A stretch of DNA of 64,000 bases from an uncultured delta proteobacterium (GTDB lineage Bacteria; Desulfobacterota; Binatia; UBA9968). Below, piece after piece: positions 20,484 to 31,050 of this stretch. A program made the position numbers and the translations under genes. Under the pieces are notes generated by a model that was not told where the DNA came from, did no database searches, and was given only the letters and a program-made list of their open reading frames with translations. Location of the stretch: contig CAWFJP010000030.1 of NCBI GenBank assembly GCA_963816145.1, positions 416,001 through 480,000 on the forward strand. The letters are read 5' to 3'. Every line of letters starts with the position of its first letter. Within the stretch, counting starts at the first letter, position 1.

Positions 20484-21566
20484 CTAAACCCGAAAAAACC
20501 GCTTGGCATTGAGTCCCAGCACCTTGGCCTTCTCATCGTGGGTCAAATCCGGCCGCTCGATGGTTTCGTGAATCATCTGCCTGGCGGCGATCAAGTCGAC
20601 CTCATGGGGATAGTCCGAGGCGTAAGCAAATCCATCGGCGCCGCACTGTTTGATGACGAAGGGCAATATCCATTCATTGCCCTCGACCCCGACCAGCACT
20701 TGGCCGCTTGAAAGATAGTCGTTGAGACTGCGCGCGTGACCGGTGCTAGTCGTGTAGACATTGTCGTCGCGGTCCATGCGGTCTTTCAACAACAGCACCC
20801 AAGCACAGCCGCCCTCGAAGAAACCGATATGCAGATCTTTGAAGCGGTCGAGCACGCCATGATAAACTAGCGAGACGAATTCCAGCGCCAACGGCACCGG
20901 ATGGCGCAGCACGCGTGAAGCCCAAGGGTCGGTAAAGGTATCCTGCCCAAGACCCACACCCGAACCGCCGTGGACACCGAGCACGCAGCCGAGACTAGCC
21001 GCCTCCTCGTAGATCGGCCAGTAGTAGTCGTGACCCAGATGCAGGGGCAGGCCGCGCGATGGCAACATGGCACCGGGCAGTTTTAGCTCCACCACCAAAC
21101 GGCGCAGCTCATTTCTCGCCGCATTGACATCTTGCATGGCAAGCAGTCCCATGGGGAACAGCCGCTTGTCGACTTTGCGGTAGCGCTCGGCGACATAGTC
21201 ATTGAAAGCGCGGCAGATCCGCGTCGCATAATCGGCCTGCTGGAAAAATCCCACCGACAAACCTTCCGAAGGAAACAACACGGCTTCGCTGACGCCGGCT
21301 TTTTCCAAGAATGCGACCCAGTCCTCGCCGGAGCCCTTGCGCTCGCTGCTGGCATCGACGCGGGGCCGGCGCGGCGGCTCAACCTCGCCGGATTTGCGCA
21401 CGTTGCGCGGGTAGTGAATATTGTCCAAGCTCGCGAACACACCCTGCCGATTGCGCACGGGTGTTAACGCAACCTCACGATCCACCGGATCGAGAAACTG
21501 CACCATCTCAGGAATCGATTCGATGATATGACCGTCGCAATCGAAGACCACAATGCTTTCCGCCAT
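20484..21566 (-). CDS. Amidohydrolase_2 family protein
   Basis: DCDGH metal motif, CRAFND, VHGG, FEGGCAW and ASDYPH. Confidence 0.85.
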   Translation of the reverse strand: MAESIVVFDCDGHIIESIPEMVQFLDPVDREVALTPVRNRQGVFASLDNIHYPRNVRKSGEVEPPRRPRVDASSERKGSGEDWVAFLEKAGVSEAVLFPSEGLSVGFFQQADYATRICRAFNDYVAERYRKVDKRLFPMGLLAMQDVNAARNELRRLVVELKLPGAMLPSRGLPLHLGHDYYWPIYEEAASLGCVLGVHGGSGVGLGQDTFTDPWASRVLRHPVPLALEFVSLVYHGVLDRFKDLHIGFFEGGCAWVLLLKDRMDRDDNVYTTSTGHARSLNDYLSSGQVLVGVEGNEWILPFVIKQCGADGFAYASDYPHEVDLIAARQMIHETIERPDLTHDEKAKVLGLNAKRFFRV

Positions 21567-21884
21567 TTGAATCCTCCGAAGAATTGATGATCTGGAATCA
21601 ATCTGTCTCTATCACAAAGTCGAATCAGCATGAAAGGCGTTGCCGATGACCATTGATAGCGACATCGGTACGCCGAGCCATCCGCTCATGCGCGACGTTT
21701 CGCATAGCCGAATAATTCTTGGTGGGAGGATTCGTCGTAAATCCTAGCTAAAACATGACAACGCGGGAACCCCAGGCAGTCACAGCGCGCCACAATCGAG
21801 TACCACAGCGATGATTACGTCAATCTCGCGCGGCTTTCTTGACATTCGCTGCCGATATGAATAAGTAACGTCGCCAAAAGCAAC

Positions 21885-22727
21885 ATGTACATGTCCAAAT
21901 ATCGCGCCCGATCTTGTCCCAAGTGCGGTTACTATCTTGGCTTCTCGATATCACAGCGGCTGCCTAAACCAGCCCAGGTCGCCGTGACTAATTTTTGCCT
22001 CAATTGCAACTACAAATTGCCTGTGGTTAGTATTGTCAGAGGGGTTCGGCGGACGCCGCGTCCGCCTAAGCGTGGGCTCTTGCGCTTGATTTCAGAGAGG
22101 GGTCGCGGTGCGGCGATGTCGTTCAACACCCACAAGCAGAGCAAATCCATGGGCAATGCTATCGGCAATACCGACTACGGCCGCCATCTGCGCGTCATCG
22201 GTCAGGACCTGGAGAACCTCCACTTCAGCAGATTTAATTTAGAATTTACCGGTGACGCCTACCTAGTCTGGGTAAGGTCAGAGTCGGCAACCGGAAACCA
22301 GAACCCCCTGTTGCGAATCAGCCGTAGCCGGCTACAAAAGCTGTGGAAAAATCGCACTGAGCTGCGCACTGTCGGTCACGAGGAAACCTATACCGACACC
22401 ACCGCGCAACCGGCCAGGCGCTTACGGTACTCACTCCAAGATCTCGACCGGATCGAGCGCGACCGGCGCCAGCTGCGACGCCGCCATAGCGGCAACGCCG
22501 ATGGTCATGGACTTTCGCAACTGCTGCGGACGATCGGTGAGTTGATCGAACAGCGCAACGAACGCCTGCTCGGCATTTCGTGGCAGGAACTTTCGATCAG
22601 TATGATTGTCGAAAATTCCCAGGGCCGCAAAGGAATCGATGTTTTCAGGCCCGACAATCTTTACGACCTTTGGGTGAAGATGTATCTGAAGCGGGACAAC
22701 CGGGCGATCTCCGACACGCCGCGCTAA
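21885..22727 (+). CDS. Hypothetical protein with N-terminal zinc ribbon and internal LRxIGxxLE-type repeat
   Basis: CPKC...CLNC pair. HLRVIGQDLE and LLRTIGELIE segments resemble each other. Confidence 0.55.
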   Translation: MYMSKYRARSCPKCGYYLGFSISQRLPKPAQVAVTNFCLNCNYKLPVVSIVRGVRRTPRPPKRGLLRLISERGRGAAMSFNTHKQSKSMGNAIGNTDYGRHLRVIGQDLENLHFSRFNLEFTGDAYLVWVRSESATGNQNPLLRISRSRLQKLWKNRTELRTVGHEETYTDTTAQPARRLRYSLQDLDRIERDRRQLRRRHSGNADGHGLSQLLRTIGELIEQRNERLLGISWQELSISMIVENSQGRKGIDVFRPDNLYDLWVKMYLKRDNRAISDTPR

Positions 22728-22762
22728 ATTCCCCGCGCGGCCGCACGGCACCGCCAACTATG

Positions 22763-24667
22763 CTATTTTTGCGCTAAACTAACGCTCGATGTTTCGATTC
22801 CGGTCGGCAGTAAAAGCTGCTCGTGCAATGCCACGCGTTTGTAGAGCGTTACCGGGATGCGCATGGTAAAAGTTGAGCCCTTTCCCGGTTCGCTGTCGAC
22901 GCAAATCTCGCCGCCAAGAATGTCCATGTATTTTTTGACGATGTAGAGCCCCAGCCCCACGCCGCCATGTTGCAGTACCAGATGAGCCTCGTGCAATTGG
23001 CGAAATTTCTCGAAAATCACCCCGCGCCGTTCGCTCGCCATGCCGATGCCTGTATCAGCGACCGTGAGTTCAAGAACCTTGGCCGGCGCTAAGTAATTCA
23101 GCGAGATCACCACGGACCCATGATCGGTGAACTTGACGGCATTGTTGATCAAGTTTTCGGCGATGCGCTTGAGCTTGGGCCGATCGCTTTGCACCGTCGG
23201 CAAGTCCGCCGGGTAGTCCCAGATGATTTTGACGTTCTTGGCCAGCGGGGAGTCGTACTCCGCGCGCAGCTCGGACATAAATTCCCAAAGATTGATCTCG
23301 TTCTTGGCGGCCCGCAGAGTTTCGGACTCGATGTCGCTCACTTGCAAAACTTTACTGATGAGACCGCCAAGCTCTGTCGACTGCCGCTCGATCGTCTCGA
23401 TCGCCTTCTCCTGAATTGGCGTCAGTTGTCCCAACATGCCTTGGTTGAACATGTCAGTGTAGCCCGAGATGACGTTCAACGGCGTCTTCAACTCGTTGGA
23501 AACCACCTTGAGAAACTCGTCTTTGATCTTGTGCGCATGACGCAGCTCTTCGGTCTGCTGCTGGCTTTGGCGGTACAACTGCGAGTGGTGAATCGCGATG
23601 GCGGCCTGCCCGGCCAGCGTCTTTAAAAACTCGATTTCTTCGGCACCGAAACTATGCTCTTCGCGGGCAGCATAAACGAGGCAACCGAGGTTCTGGCCGT
23701 TGGCCACTAAGGGCATTCCAAAAATCGACACCAACCCCTCTTTCTTAAAAAACTCCAGATTCTCGACACGCTCGTCGGTAAATACGTTGCGGACGATTAC
23801 GGGCTCAACGGCTTTCATGATCCCGTCTATAAAGCTGAGCGAATCCGCGTCCAACCGTTCCTTGGCATCGAAGCCCTTTGCGGCAACCATGTCGATCAAC
23901 TGGGATTGCGGGTCGCGGAGCCGAACTAACGCAGCGGCGTAGGGCAGATGGGTTAAGGTTTTCTCCAACAATGCATTCAGAATGCTTCTGGTTTCATTGG
24001 TCGAGGTCACAGCGGCGTTGACATCATGCATCGCCTCCAAGCGCTCGCGCTGGCGGCGCAGTTCTTCTGCGGCCCGCTGCTCGCGCCGCACCTCCTCCTC
24101 TTTCTCACGGGCCGCCCGGCGCATTCGGCCGACTTGCGCGAAGTAACCGTAAAATAGCGAGATGACGAATGGAAAGGGCAACTGGACGAAAAGCTCCGGC
24201 TCCAATACGGTCGACGAACTGAACAACGCGTAGGCGTAGAGCAGCGGCGCTAGAATCGTCACGACTAGGAGCCCTCGTGAGTCGTTGCAGATCAGACTCA
24301 AGACGACAGTGACGACACAGGCGATGTAAAAGTCCGGACTAGTCGCGCCGGTGGCGCTCAACATTACAATCAGCACCAAGGTGTCGAAGACCAGCAATGG
24401 CCCATAGAAATATGGCGAATCGAAAAAATCATCGGCCAAAAAATACAGCGTAGCGTGGCTCAACAAATAGAGACTCAGAATCACTTGGACCTGGGTCGCG
24501 GAAAGCCAGGCAACCTGCGCGTAGTAAAGTAGATAGGAGGACAGAATCACCAGCGGCCAGCGCAAACGGATAACCGTTTCTTTTCGCGCGACCCCGAAAA
24601 TGAAGTCGACATTCCACGGCCGTTGCTTGTTAGCGATTTCACCGCTGCGCATGGTCTGCATGATCAC
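22763..24667 (-). CDS. Membrane GAF-domain sensor histidine kinase-like protein (H-box His replaced by Asn)
   Basis: N-terminal TM bundle, GAF domain, H-box SNELKTPLN, N-box NLINNAVKFT, DTGIG and GVGLGL. Confidence 0.85.
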   Translation of the reverse strand: MIMQTMRSGEIANKQRPWNVDFIFGVARKETVIRLRWPLVILSSYLLYYAQVAWLSATQVQVILSLYLLSHATLYFLADDFFDSPYFYGPLLVFDTLVLIVMLSATGATSPDFYIACVVTVVLSLICNDSRGLLVVTILAPLLYAYALFSSSTVLEPELFVQLPFPFVISLFYGYFAQVGRMRRAAREKEEEVRREQRAAEELRRQRERLEAMHDVNAAVTSTNETRSILNALLEKTLTHLPYAAALVRLRDPQSQLIDMVAAKGFDAKERLDADSLSFIDGIMKAVEPVIVRNVFTDERVENLEFFKKEGLVSIFGMPLVANGQNLGCLVYAAREEHSFGAEEIEFLKTLAGQAAIAIHHSQLYRQSQQQTEELRHAHKIKDEFLKVVSNELKTPLNVISGYTDMFNQGMLGQLTPIQEKAIETIERQSTELGGLISKVLQVSDIESETLRAAKNEINLWEFMSELRAEYDSPLAKNVKIIWDYPADLPTVQSDRPKLKRIAENLINNAVKFTDHGSVVISLNYLAPAKVLELTVADTGIGMASERRGVIFEKFRQLHEAHLVLQHGGVGLGLYIVKKYMDILGGEICVDSEPGKGSTFTMRIPVTLYKRVALHEQLLLPTGIETSSVSLAQK

Positions 24668-24713
24668 TGTCGATGCTCTTTAAGATGAACTTGAACCCTC
24701 GGTAAGAATTGAC

Positions 24714-24729
24714 AGCACATCACGTGCCA
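24714..24729 (-). promoter_or_regulatory. Sigma54 -24/-12 promoter of the GAF kinase gene
   Basis: Minus strand TGGCACGTGATGTGCT (GG-N10-GC), about 47 nt upstream of the ATG. Confidence 0.6.
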
Positions 24730-24947
24730 TTGGCTCGAGTGGTCATTAAACGACCGGCAGCGGTGAAATTTGTCTCGAATTGTCAATGACTTGACCATCG
24801 GCTGATTCAGCCGTGGGCTATACGCGCCAGCGACGCCGGACAATTTATACTGCGACGGCACAAAAATGTCGTAAGTTGCCTTCAGACCCCCGCAAGGACA
24901 GAAATGTTCAAAGTATGCAGGATCCTTCAGCCAGCAGGGTGTTTTGA

Positions 24948-25433
24948 CTAACTGGCAGCAGCGGCCAGCTTGATCTTTTCTTGGGCGGCGCGCACCGCGC
25001 GGAGGATTTCGGCATAGCCGGCACAGCGGCACAGATTACCCGCAAGATATTCTCGAATCTGATCATCGCTCGGATCGGCGTTTTCTTCTAACAGTGCTTT
25101 GACCGACAGCACGAAGCCCGGCGTACAGTAGGCGCACTGCAATGCGCGCTCTTCGACCCAAGCTCGCTGGATCGGATGGAGCGCATCACCGTCGCTCAAA
25201 CCTTCGAGCGTGAGGATCTCATGGCCGGTGGCGCGCGCTGCCAAGTGTAAACAGGCACTCACCGGCTTGCCATCGAGCAGTACCGTGCAGCTGCCGCACG
25301 CGCTGACACCGCAAGCTTCGCGCACGCTCCAAAGCTGGAAACGGTCGCGCAAGACTTCCAACAGAGTATCGGCGTCATCGATGACAAGCGAAACATCCCG
25401 CTGGTTAAGCCGTAAGTGAATCTCGCGTTTCAT
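24948..25433 (-). CDS. CoxS/XdhC-like 2x[2Fe-2S] subunit
   Basis: CGVSACGSC...C, QCAYCTPG and GNLCRCAGY motifs. Confidence 0.92.
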   Translation of the reverse strand: MKREIHLRLNQRDVSLVIDDADTLLEVLRDRFQLWSVREACGVSACGSCTVLLDGKPVSACLHLAARATGHEILTLEGLSDGDALHPIQRAWVEERALQCAYCTPGFVLSVKALLEENADPSDDQIREYLAGNLCRCAGYAEILRAVRAAQEKIKLAAAAS

Positions 25434-25437
25434 GAAA

Positions 25438-27774
25438 TTAACCTCTGGATACTGTGACGCCGTTTTTCTCGGCTAAAGCGCGCAACACTCGCTCTGGCGT
25501 AATCGGCAGGTCGCGTATGCGCACGCCGACGGCGTCTTCGATCGCATTGGCGATCGCCGGTGCCACGGTTAAGGCACCGGTCTCTCCAGCCCCCTTGGCG
25601 CCGAAGGGCCCGTCCTCATGCGGCACCTGAACGATGATCGGGCGAACCAATTGCGGCATGTCTTTGATCGAGGCCACCTGATAGTCGAGCAACGAACCGT
25701 TGATCAGCTGGCCTTCGTCAAAGATCATTTCTTCGAACATCGTCAAGCCTAGATGCATCAGCGCGGCGCCCTGGAGTTGCTGCTCGCAATGGCGCGGGTT
25801 GATCGCCGTCCCGGTATCGCCGACGCTGTACAATTGCAGCACTTTCACGTGGCCGGTTTCAGTGTCGACTTCAACTTCGGCTGCCGTCGCCGATGGAAAC
25901 CAATATTCCGTACACTTTTCCGACTGGCCGGTTTCCGGATCCATATGCGCCGCCGTCGGCTGACACACCGCCTCGGCGGCCAGCGTCGTGCCGAGGCTGC
26001 CGAATTTGGCCAAGAATATCTCCCCGACAGTCATGCCGCGCTCTTCTAAACCGCGCACATAGATGCGGCCTTTCCCCGCGGTGAGATCATCCGGATCCAC
26101 TTCCAGTTTTGCTGCGACAACCTCGCATAACTGCGCTTTGACCTTGGCCGCGGCCAGGCGCACGGCATTGCCCATGTGATAGGTCGAACGGCTGCCGGCG
26201 GTGATGGTATCGTAGGGTGTAACGTCGGTGTCGGGTTGCACGATATGCACGCGATCGGCGGTGATACCAAGTTCCTCGGCGACGATCTGACTCATGGTCG
26301 TCTCAGATCCCTGCCCCATCTCCACCGTGCTGCTCAAGACATTGGCCGTGCCGTCGGCATTGAGAATGACGATGGCACCGGAAATCGACGGCGTCAGCAC
26401 CGCTTTGACTCCGGCGGCGATGCCTCGGCCGCGTCGCTTCGTGCCGCTTTGGCTTGGTTGGGGTTTCGACCATTCGATGGCTTGCGCAGCTTGACGGATC
26501 GCTTCTTTGATCCCGAACGAGCGCACCACAGTGCCGGTGGCGAACTTTTCACCCTCGTCCAGAGCCGGTCGCAAGCGAAACTCTACCGGGTCGACGCCGA
26601 GTGCGCGCGCGATCATGTCAGTCTGCGAATCATAGGCCCAGATGACTTGCGGCACGCCGAAGCCGCGAAACGCGCCGGCCGGCACCTTGTTGGTGTAGAC
26701 GCAATAAGAATCGATCCACACGTTGGGTATCTTGTAGGGCCCCGCCGAGGTGTAACCGGATTTGTGACCGATGCGCGGGCCGATTTCAGCATAGGCCCCG
26801 GTATCCCAATACACTTCGCATTTGCGCGCGGTGATTGTCCCGTTCTTGATCGCAGTTTTTATTTTGGTCACCACTTTGTGCTTGGTGATCGTCAGGAACT
26901 CTTCTTCCCGGGTCAGCGCGTAGCGCACCGGCTTCTTGGTGAGCAAAGCCAGCGCCGTTACCAGCGGTTCCAATTTGGCGTATAACTTCGCGCCATAGCC
27001 GCCGCCCAAATACGGCACCCGCACGCGAATCCGGTGCATCGGAATTCCGAAGGTGGCGGCAAGCTCGGTGCGCACGTAGGACGGGGATTGGCTCGCAGTC
27101 CAAACATTGAGCCGATTATGTTCATCCAAATAAACCAGCGTCACATGCGGCTCCATCGGCACATGCTGGGCCGGCGGTGAGCTAAACGTATCGTCAAAAA
27201 CTCGATCCGCTTCGGCAAACGCCTTGTCGACATCGCCGACGCGGAGTTTGAACTGATAACAAATATTGGACTGTTGTCCGGCTTTGACATGGGCCAAATC
27301 CGCGAAAGCCTTAGCCGGTCGATGCTGTTCATGAACCAGGGGCGCGTCCTTCTTGACTGCATCCAACACGTCAAAGATCGCCGGCAGCGGCTGGTAATCG
27401 ATCTCGACCAGCTGCAGCGCATCCTCGGCGGTCCGATGATCCGCGGCCGCCACCGCGACGACGGGATCGCCAACGTGGCAAACTCTGTCCACCGCGAGGA
27501 TCGGCTGATCGCGAAACGCCGGACCGAAGTGCGGATCGACCCCCGGCATCTTCGCGATATCGGCACCGGTGAGCACCGCGGCGACACCGGCCAACGCCGC
27601 GGCCTTGGATTTGTCGATGCGCAAAATCCGCGCGTGCGGGTAAGGACTTCGCAGCACAGCAACATGGAGCATTCCCGGCATCTCGATGTTGCCGACATGC
27701 AGCGCCCGCCCGGTGACTTTGGGGTTGGCGTCCTTGCGATAAACCGATTGCCCGACGACTGAAAAATTTGTCAT
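25438..27774 (-). CDS. Xanthine dehydrogenase-family molybdopterin subunit (CoxL-like, not form I CODH)
   Basis: LRSPYPHA, GGGYGAK, AFRGFGVPQ, EMGQG, AGSRS and GAKGAGE. Lacks the AYxCSFR motif of CO dehydrogenase. Confidence 0.92.
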   Translation of the reverse strand: MTNFSVVGQSVYRKDANPKVTGRALHVGNIEMPGMLHVAVLRSPYPHARILRIDKSKAAALAGVAAVLTGADIAKMPGVDPHFGPAFRDQPILAVDRVCHVGDPVVAVAAADHRTAEDALQLVEIDYQPLPAIFDVLDAVKKDAPLVHEQHRPAKAFADLAHVKAGQQSNICYQFKLRVGDVDKAFAEADRVFDDTFSSPPAQHVPMEPHVTLVYLDEHNRLNVWTASQSPSYVRTELAATFGIPMHRIRVRVPYLGGGYGAKLYAKLEPLVTALALLTKKPVRYALTREEEFLTITKHKVVTKIKTAIKNGTITARKCEVYWDTGAYAEIGPRIGHKSGYTSAGPYKIPNVWIDSYCVYTNKVPAGAFRGFGVPQVIWAYDSQTDMIARALGVDPVEFRLRPALDEGEKFATGTVVRSFGIKEAIRQAAQAIEWSKPQPSQSGTKRRGRGIAAGVKAVLTPSISGAIVILNADGTANVLSSTVEMGQGSETTMSQIVAEELGITADRVHIVQPDTDVTPYDTITAGSRSTYHMGNAVRLAAAKVKAQLCEVVAAKLEVDPDDLTAGKGRIYVRGLEERGMTVGEIFLAKFGSLGTTLAAEAVCQPTAAHMDPETGQSEKCTEYWFPSATAAEVEVDTETGHVKVLQLYSVGDTGTAINPRHCEQQLQGAALMHLGLTMFEEMIFDEGQLINGSLLDYQVASIKDMPQLVRPIIVQVPHEDGPFGAKGAGETGALTVAPAIANAIEDAVGVRIRDLPITPERVLRALAEKNGVTVSRG

Positions 27775-27778
27775 GAGT

Positions 27779-28633
27779 TTATCCGTTGACCTGCTCGAGC
27801 GCCTTTTGCGTAAACAGCCGCGCCATCTTGCGCTTGTACCAATCCGAGCCGCGCAAATCGGACGACGGCGAGATCTGTGCGTCGACCGCGGCGAGTATTT
27901 TGTCGATCACTGCGGCATCGACGACCTGGTCATGAGCGAACTCCAACCCGGAGATCAGCAGCGGCGTCGCCGCCACGCCGCCGAGCGCCAGACGCAATTG
28001 CTGACAGCGGCCGCCCTGCTTTTGCATGAACGCCGATACGCCGACACAGGGCCAGTCGTTGGCAGATAGGGTGCTGTAGCGCAGATAAACTGCGCGACTG
28101 TTAGCCGGCATTTGCGGGATTCTTACCTCGGTGAGAATCTCGCCCGGCTCCAGCGCCGTCTCGTACATGCCGCGAAAGAAATCTTTGAGCTCGATCGTGC
28201 GCGCGCCTTTCGGACCGATGGCTGAAACCGCGGCGCCGAGAACCAACAACGGCGGCGGCGGGTCCAAACGATAATCGGCGTGGGCGAGATTGCCGCCCAC
28301 CGACGCCGTCTGGCGCACCCGCACATTGCCGATATGGCTAAACGCCTCGGCGACGACCGGAAAAGCTTGACGGATCAGCGGCGACAGCTCGATCATTCGA
28401 TGCGTCGCCAGAGCGCCGAGTCGAACACCGTCGCGATCCTGCGTGATATGACTCAGTCCCGGAATCGTCTGCAGATCGACCAAATACGGATAGTGCAGCG
28501 CCCGCTGCTTCATCAAGATGACCAGCGTCGTGCCGCCGCCGATGGCGCGGGCGTCTTCGCCATGCATTTGTAGGAACTCCACGGCTTCGGGCAAGGATCG
28601 CGGCTGGAGTAGATCGAACGAGCGGATAGTCAT
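27779..28633 (-). CDS. CoxM/XdhB-like FAD-binding subunit
   Basis: IGGGTTL, VRQTASVGGNLAHAD and SDLRGSDWYKR motifs. Confidence 0.92.
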   Translation of the reverse strand: MTIRSFDLLQPRSLPEAVEFLQMHGEDARAIGGGTTLVILMKQRALHYPYLVDLQTIPGLSHITQDRDGVRLGALATHRMIELSPLIRQAFPVVAEAFSHIGNVRVRQTASVGGNLAHADYRLDPPPPLLVLGAAVSAIGPKGARTIELKDFFRGMYETALEPGEILTEVRIPQMPANSRAVYLRYSTLSANDWPCVGVSAFMQKQGGRCQQLRLALGGVAATPLLISGLEFAHDQVVDAAVIDKILAAVDAQISPSSDLRGSDWYKRKMARLFTQKALEQVNG

Positions 28634-28762
28634 TGGTATTCCTGAGTCGGTTTCGTTTCTATCCTTACGCTATTTCAGAATCAAGTTGACGGAGCACCAA
28701 AACGCATTTGACAGAACCACCCAACTCTGAGATGAATCGATTTTAATAGGAGGGCAAAGACG

Positions 28763-29575
28763 ATGTTTACGAGCATTAGACATATCGCGGTGATGACCGA
28801 GAACTGGAACCGCGAAGCAAGGTTTTATCAGACGATCTTCGGCATGAAAAAGATCACCAATGGCATGACCGACGAAAAAGGCGATTACAATCCCGAACGC
28901 GGCCATCTGAGCGACGGCGTCATCGGCCTGGCGCTACTGCAACGCCAGCCGGGCTTCAGGTCGGGCATGGACCATTTCGGCTTCGCGGTCGAAAGCGTCG
29001 ACCTAGTGCGCGAGCGGCTCAAACAGTCTTATCCCGACGTCAATATTCACCAAAGCCAAAGCCATGTGCCATTTGCCGGCCTGCGCGGCCACGATCCGGA
29101 CGGCAACCAGTACGATCTCTCGCAGATGGGTATGGCCAACGTGCGTGAAGGTTACGTCGAGTTTGGCTGGGAGCAGCCGCGCTGGATCAATCATATCTGC
29201 ATCCGCAGCGGCAGAACGGCGCATATCGCCGAGTTTTATCAAAAAGTTTTCGACCTGAAACCGGTGGAAGGCCTCTCCGGCGACAACAGTTATTACTTGA
29301 CCGACGGCAAGGTCAGTCTCGCGATCCGGCCGTGGAGCATGGTTACGCATCGCGGTTTTTACTCGGGCCTCGACCACTTCGGCTTTAAAGTCGACAACCT
29401 CGAACAAACCAAGAAAGATCTCGACGCCCTCGGCGCCGCCCATCCCGAATCGGCGGCGCGCCGCGTCGACATCGGCCGCGACGGCCCCAACCACATGAAA
29501 AACCTCGAGGCCTGCAAGCTATGCAAGCACGCCCTGTCCGATCCGGACGGCGTGCTGCTAGATTTGACGGACTGA
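28763..29575 (+). CDS. Two-module VOC/glyoxalase family protein
   Basis: IRHIA..FY..FG, GMDHFGF and DPDGN, repeated as INHIC, GLDHFGF and DPDG. RBS AGGAGG. Confidence 0.85.
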   Translation: MFTSIRHIAVMTENWNREARFYQTIFGMKKITNGMTDEKGDYNPERGHLSDGVIGLALLQRQPGFRSGMDHFGFAVESVDLVRERLKQSYPDVNIHQSQSHVPFAGLRGHDPDGNQYDLSQMGMANVREGYVEFGWEQPRWINHICIRSGRTAHIAEFYQKVFDLKPVEGLSGDNSYYLTDGKVSLAIRPWSMVTHRGFYSGLDHFGFKVDNLEQTKKDLDALGAAHPESAARRVDIGRDGPNHMKNLEACKLCKHALSDPDGVLLDLTD

Positions 29576-29646
29576 GGGATCGAGGGGTCGCCAACCGTAG
29601 TGGAAGCTCTCGACTGGGGCTGAAGACAGATCGTTTGGGAGGAGCT

Positions 29647-29994
29647 ATGGAGTTTGCCAACATCAACGACACCATGCGGACGGCCAAGGATCAGGACAAA
29701 CGCTTCATGCCGCTTTTCGGCTCGGAGACTTTTCGCTCGTGGATCCTATATTTCCGCCCCGGCGAACACACCGACATGCATTTCCATATGTCACCGGAAA
29801 CTTTCCTTGTGCTGCAAGGCAAAGCGTCGGTCAAAGGCCTTAAGGGCGATGAGCGCGTGATCGGGCAGAACGAGATCGTTTTTTTCGGCGCCAAAGATTA
29901 TTATCAAATCACCAACGTCGGCGATGAACCGCTGGTGCTGGTCGGCAACCGTTCCGAAGCGTTCGGCGGCGCCCATGTGACCGCGAAAGAATAG
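29647..29994 (+). CDS. Cupin domain protein
   Basis: PGEHTDMHFHMSPETFLVLQGK motif. GGAGGAG RBS before ATG at 29647. Confidence 0.8.
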   Translation: MEFANINDTMRTAKDQDKRFMPLFGSETFRSWILYFRPGEHTDMHFHMSPETFLVLQGKASVKGLKGDERVIGQNEIVFFGAKDYYQITNVGDEPLVLVGNRSEAFGGAHVTAKE

Positions 29995-30005
29995 ACTCGG
30001 ATTAT

Positions 30006-30032
30006 CTCCCGCAAAGACGCGAAGGCGCAAAG
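30006..30032. repeat. Half copy of periodic intergenic repeat
   Basis: CTCCCGCAAAGACGCGAAGGCGCAAAG, with CGCAAAG-like units. Confidence 0.45.
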
Positions 30033-30045
30033 GTGACGGGATAAA

Positions 30046-31017
30046 ATGCAGCTGTCATCGCGTGTCTGCCTGCTGCTATGTATTCTTTCCGTCACGGCGC
30101 GGCATTCCCTCGCCGCAGAGGAAATCAAAATCGCCTCCACCGGTGCCGGACTTAGCACATTGCCGCTGGAGGTCGCCGCGCGCAAAGGCTTTTTTCGCGA
30201 CGAAGGCTTTGACGTATTGACGATAACGATGCGCACTAACATCGCGGTCAATGCGCTCCTCACTCGAAGTGTCGAATTTGCCACTCCCAGCACGTCCGCG
30301 ATAAAAGCCGCCAGCGCCGGCTTACCGGTGAAACTGGTTGCCGTCTTGCTTGGCCGTCCCGACTACTTTCTCACCGTCAAGAAAGATGTAAAAACCGTAC
30401 GCGATCTCAAGGGCAAACGCATCGCCATCGGCAGCTACGGCGCCGCCGCCGACTTGGCCCTGCGCGCAGTCGCCAAGCAAGACGGCTTGGACCCCGACCG
30501 CGAGCTCATTCGATTGCAAATGGGCGGCGCCGCAGCGCGCTACGCTGCGCTCGTTTCCGGCAGCGTCGACGCAACTATCTTGACTCTGCCTTACAACCTG
30601 CAAGCGGAAAAAGCCGGCTACAAAGACCTCCTCTGGTTCGGCGAACGCTTAGAGCTCCCGCTCTCTGGCCTCGCCGTCCGGGACGAGACAATTCAGAAAA
30701 ATCCCAAACAAGTCTACGGCATGATTAGAGCCGTCTTCCGCGCCATGGCGTTCGCCGGCGCCAACCGCGAGGAAACCATCCAGATACTAATCAACTGGTT
30801 GAAGCTCGATCGTGAGGTTGCTGCAAGGAGCTATGAATTAGGGAAGCGAAGTTGGTCCGACGGTGGTATCGTCTCCGACGCCGCGGTCCAGACGCTGATC
30901 GATCAGTCGATGCTCGAACTAAAAAGCAAAGATCCCGTCACCCTGGACAACGTGCGCAACTGGAGCTTTGCCGAGCGGGCGCGGCGGGAGTTGGATAAAG
31001 CCATCCCCGCACGATAG
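30046..31017 (+). CDS. NMT1/SsuA-type ABC transporter substrate-binding protein
   Basis: Signal peptide, KGFFRDEG, DLKGKRIAIGSYG and ALVSGSVDA. Confidence 0.85.
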   Translation: MQLSSRVCLLLCILSVTARHSLAAEEIKIASTGAGLSTLPLEVAARKGFFRDEGFDVLTITMRTNIAVNALLTRSVEFATPSTSAIKAASAGLPVKLVAVLLGRPDYFLTVKKDVKTVRDLKGKRIAIGSYGAAADLALRAVAKQDGLDPDRELIRLQMGGAAARYAALVSGSVDATILTLPYNLQAEKAGYKDLLWFGERLELPLSGLAVRDETIQKNPKQVYGMIRAVFRAMAFAGANREETIQILINWLKLDREVAARSYELGKRSWSDGGIVSDAAVQTLIDQSMLELKSKDPVTLDNVRNWSFAERARRELDKAIPAR

Positions 31018-31050
31018 TTTAATGGCCCAAGCTCATCTCGGGAATTACCA

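Noticed and set aside
25438-27774. Aerobic CO dehydrogenase
   Set aside because: The active-site loop is AFRGFG, not AYxCSFR, and the gene order is M-L-S.
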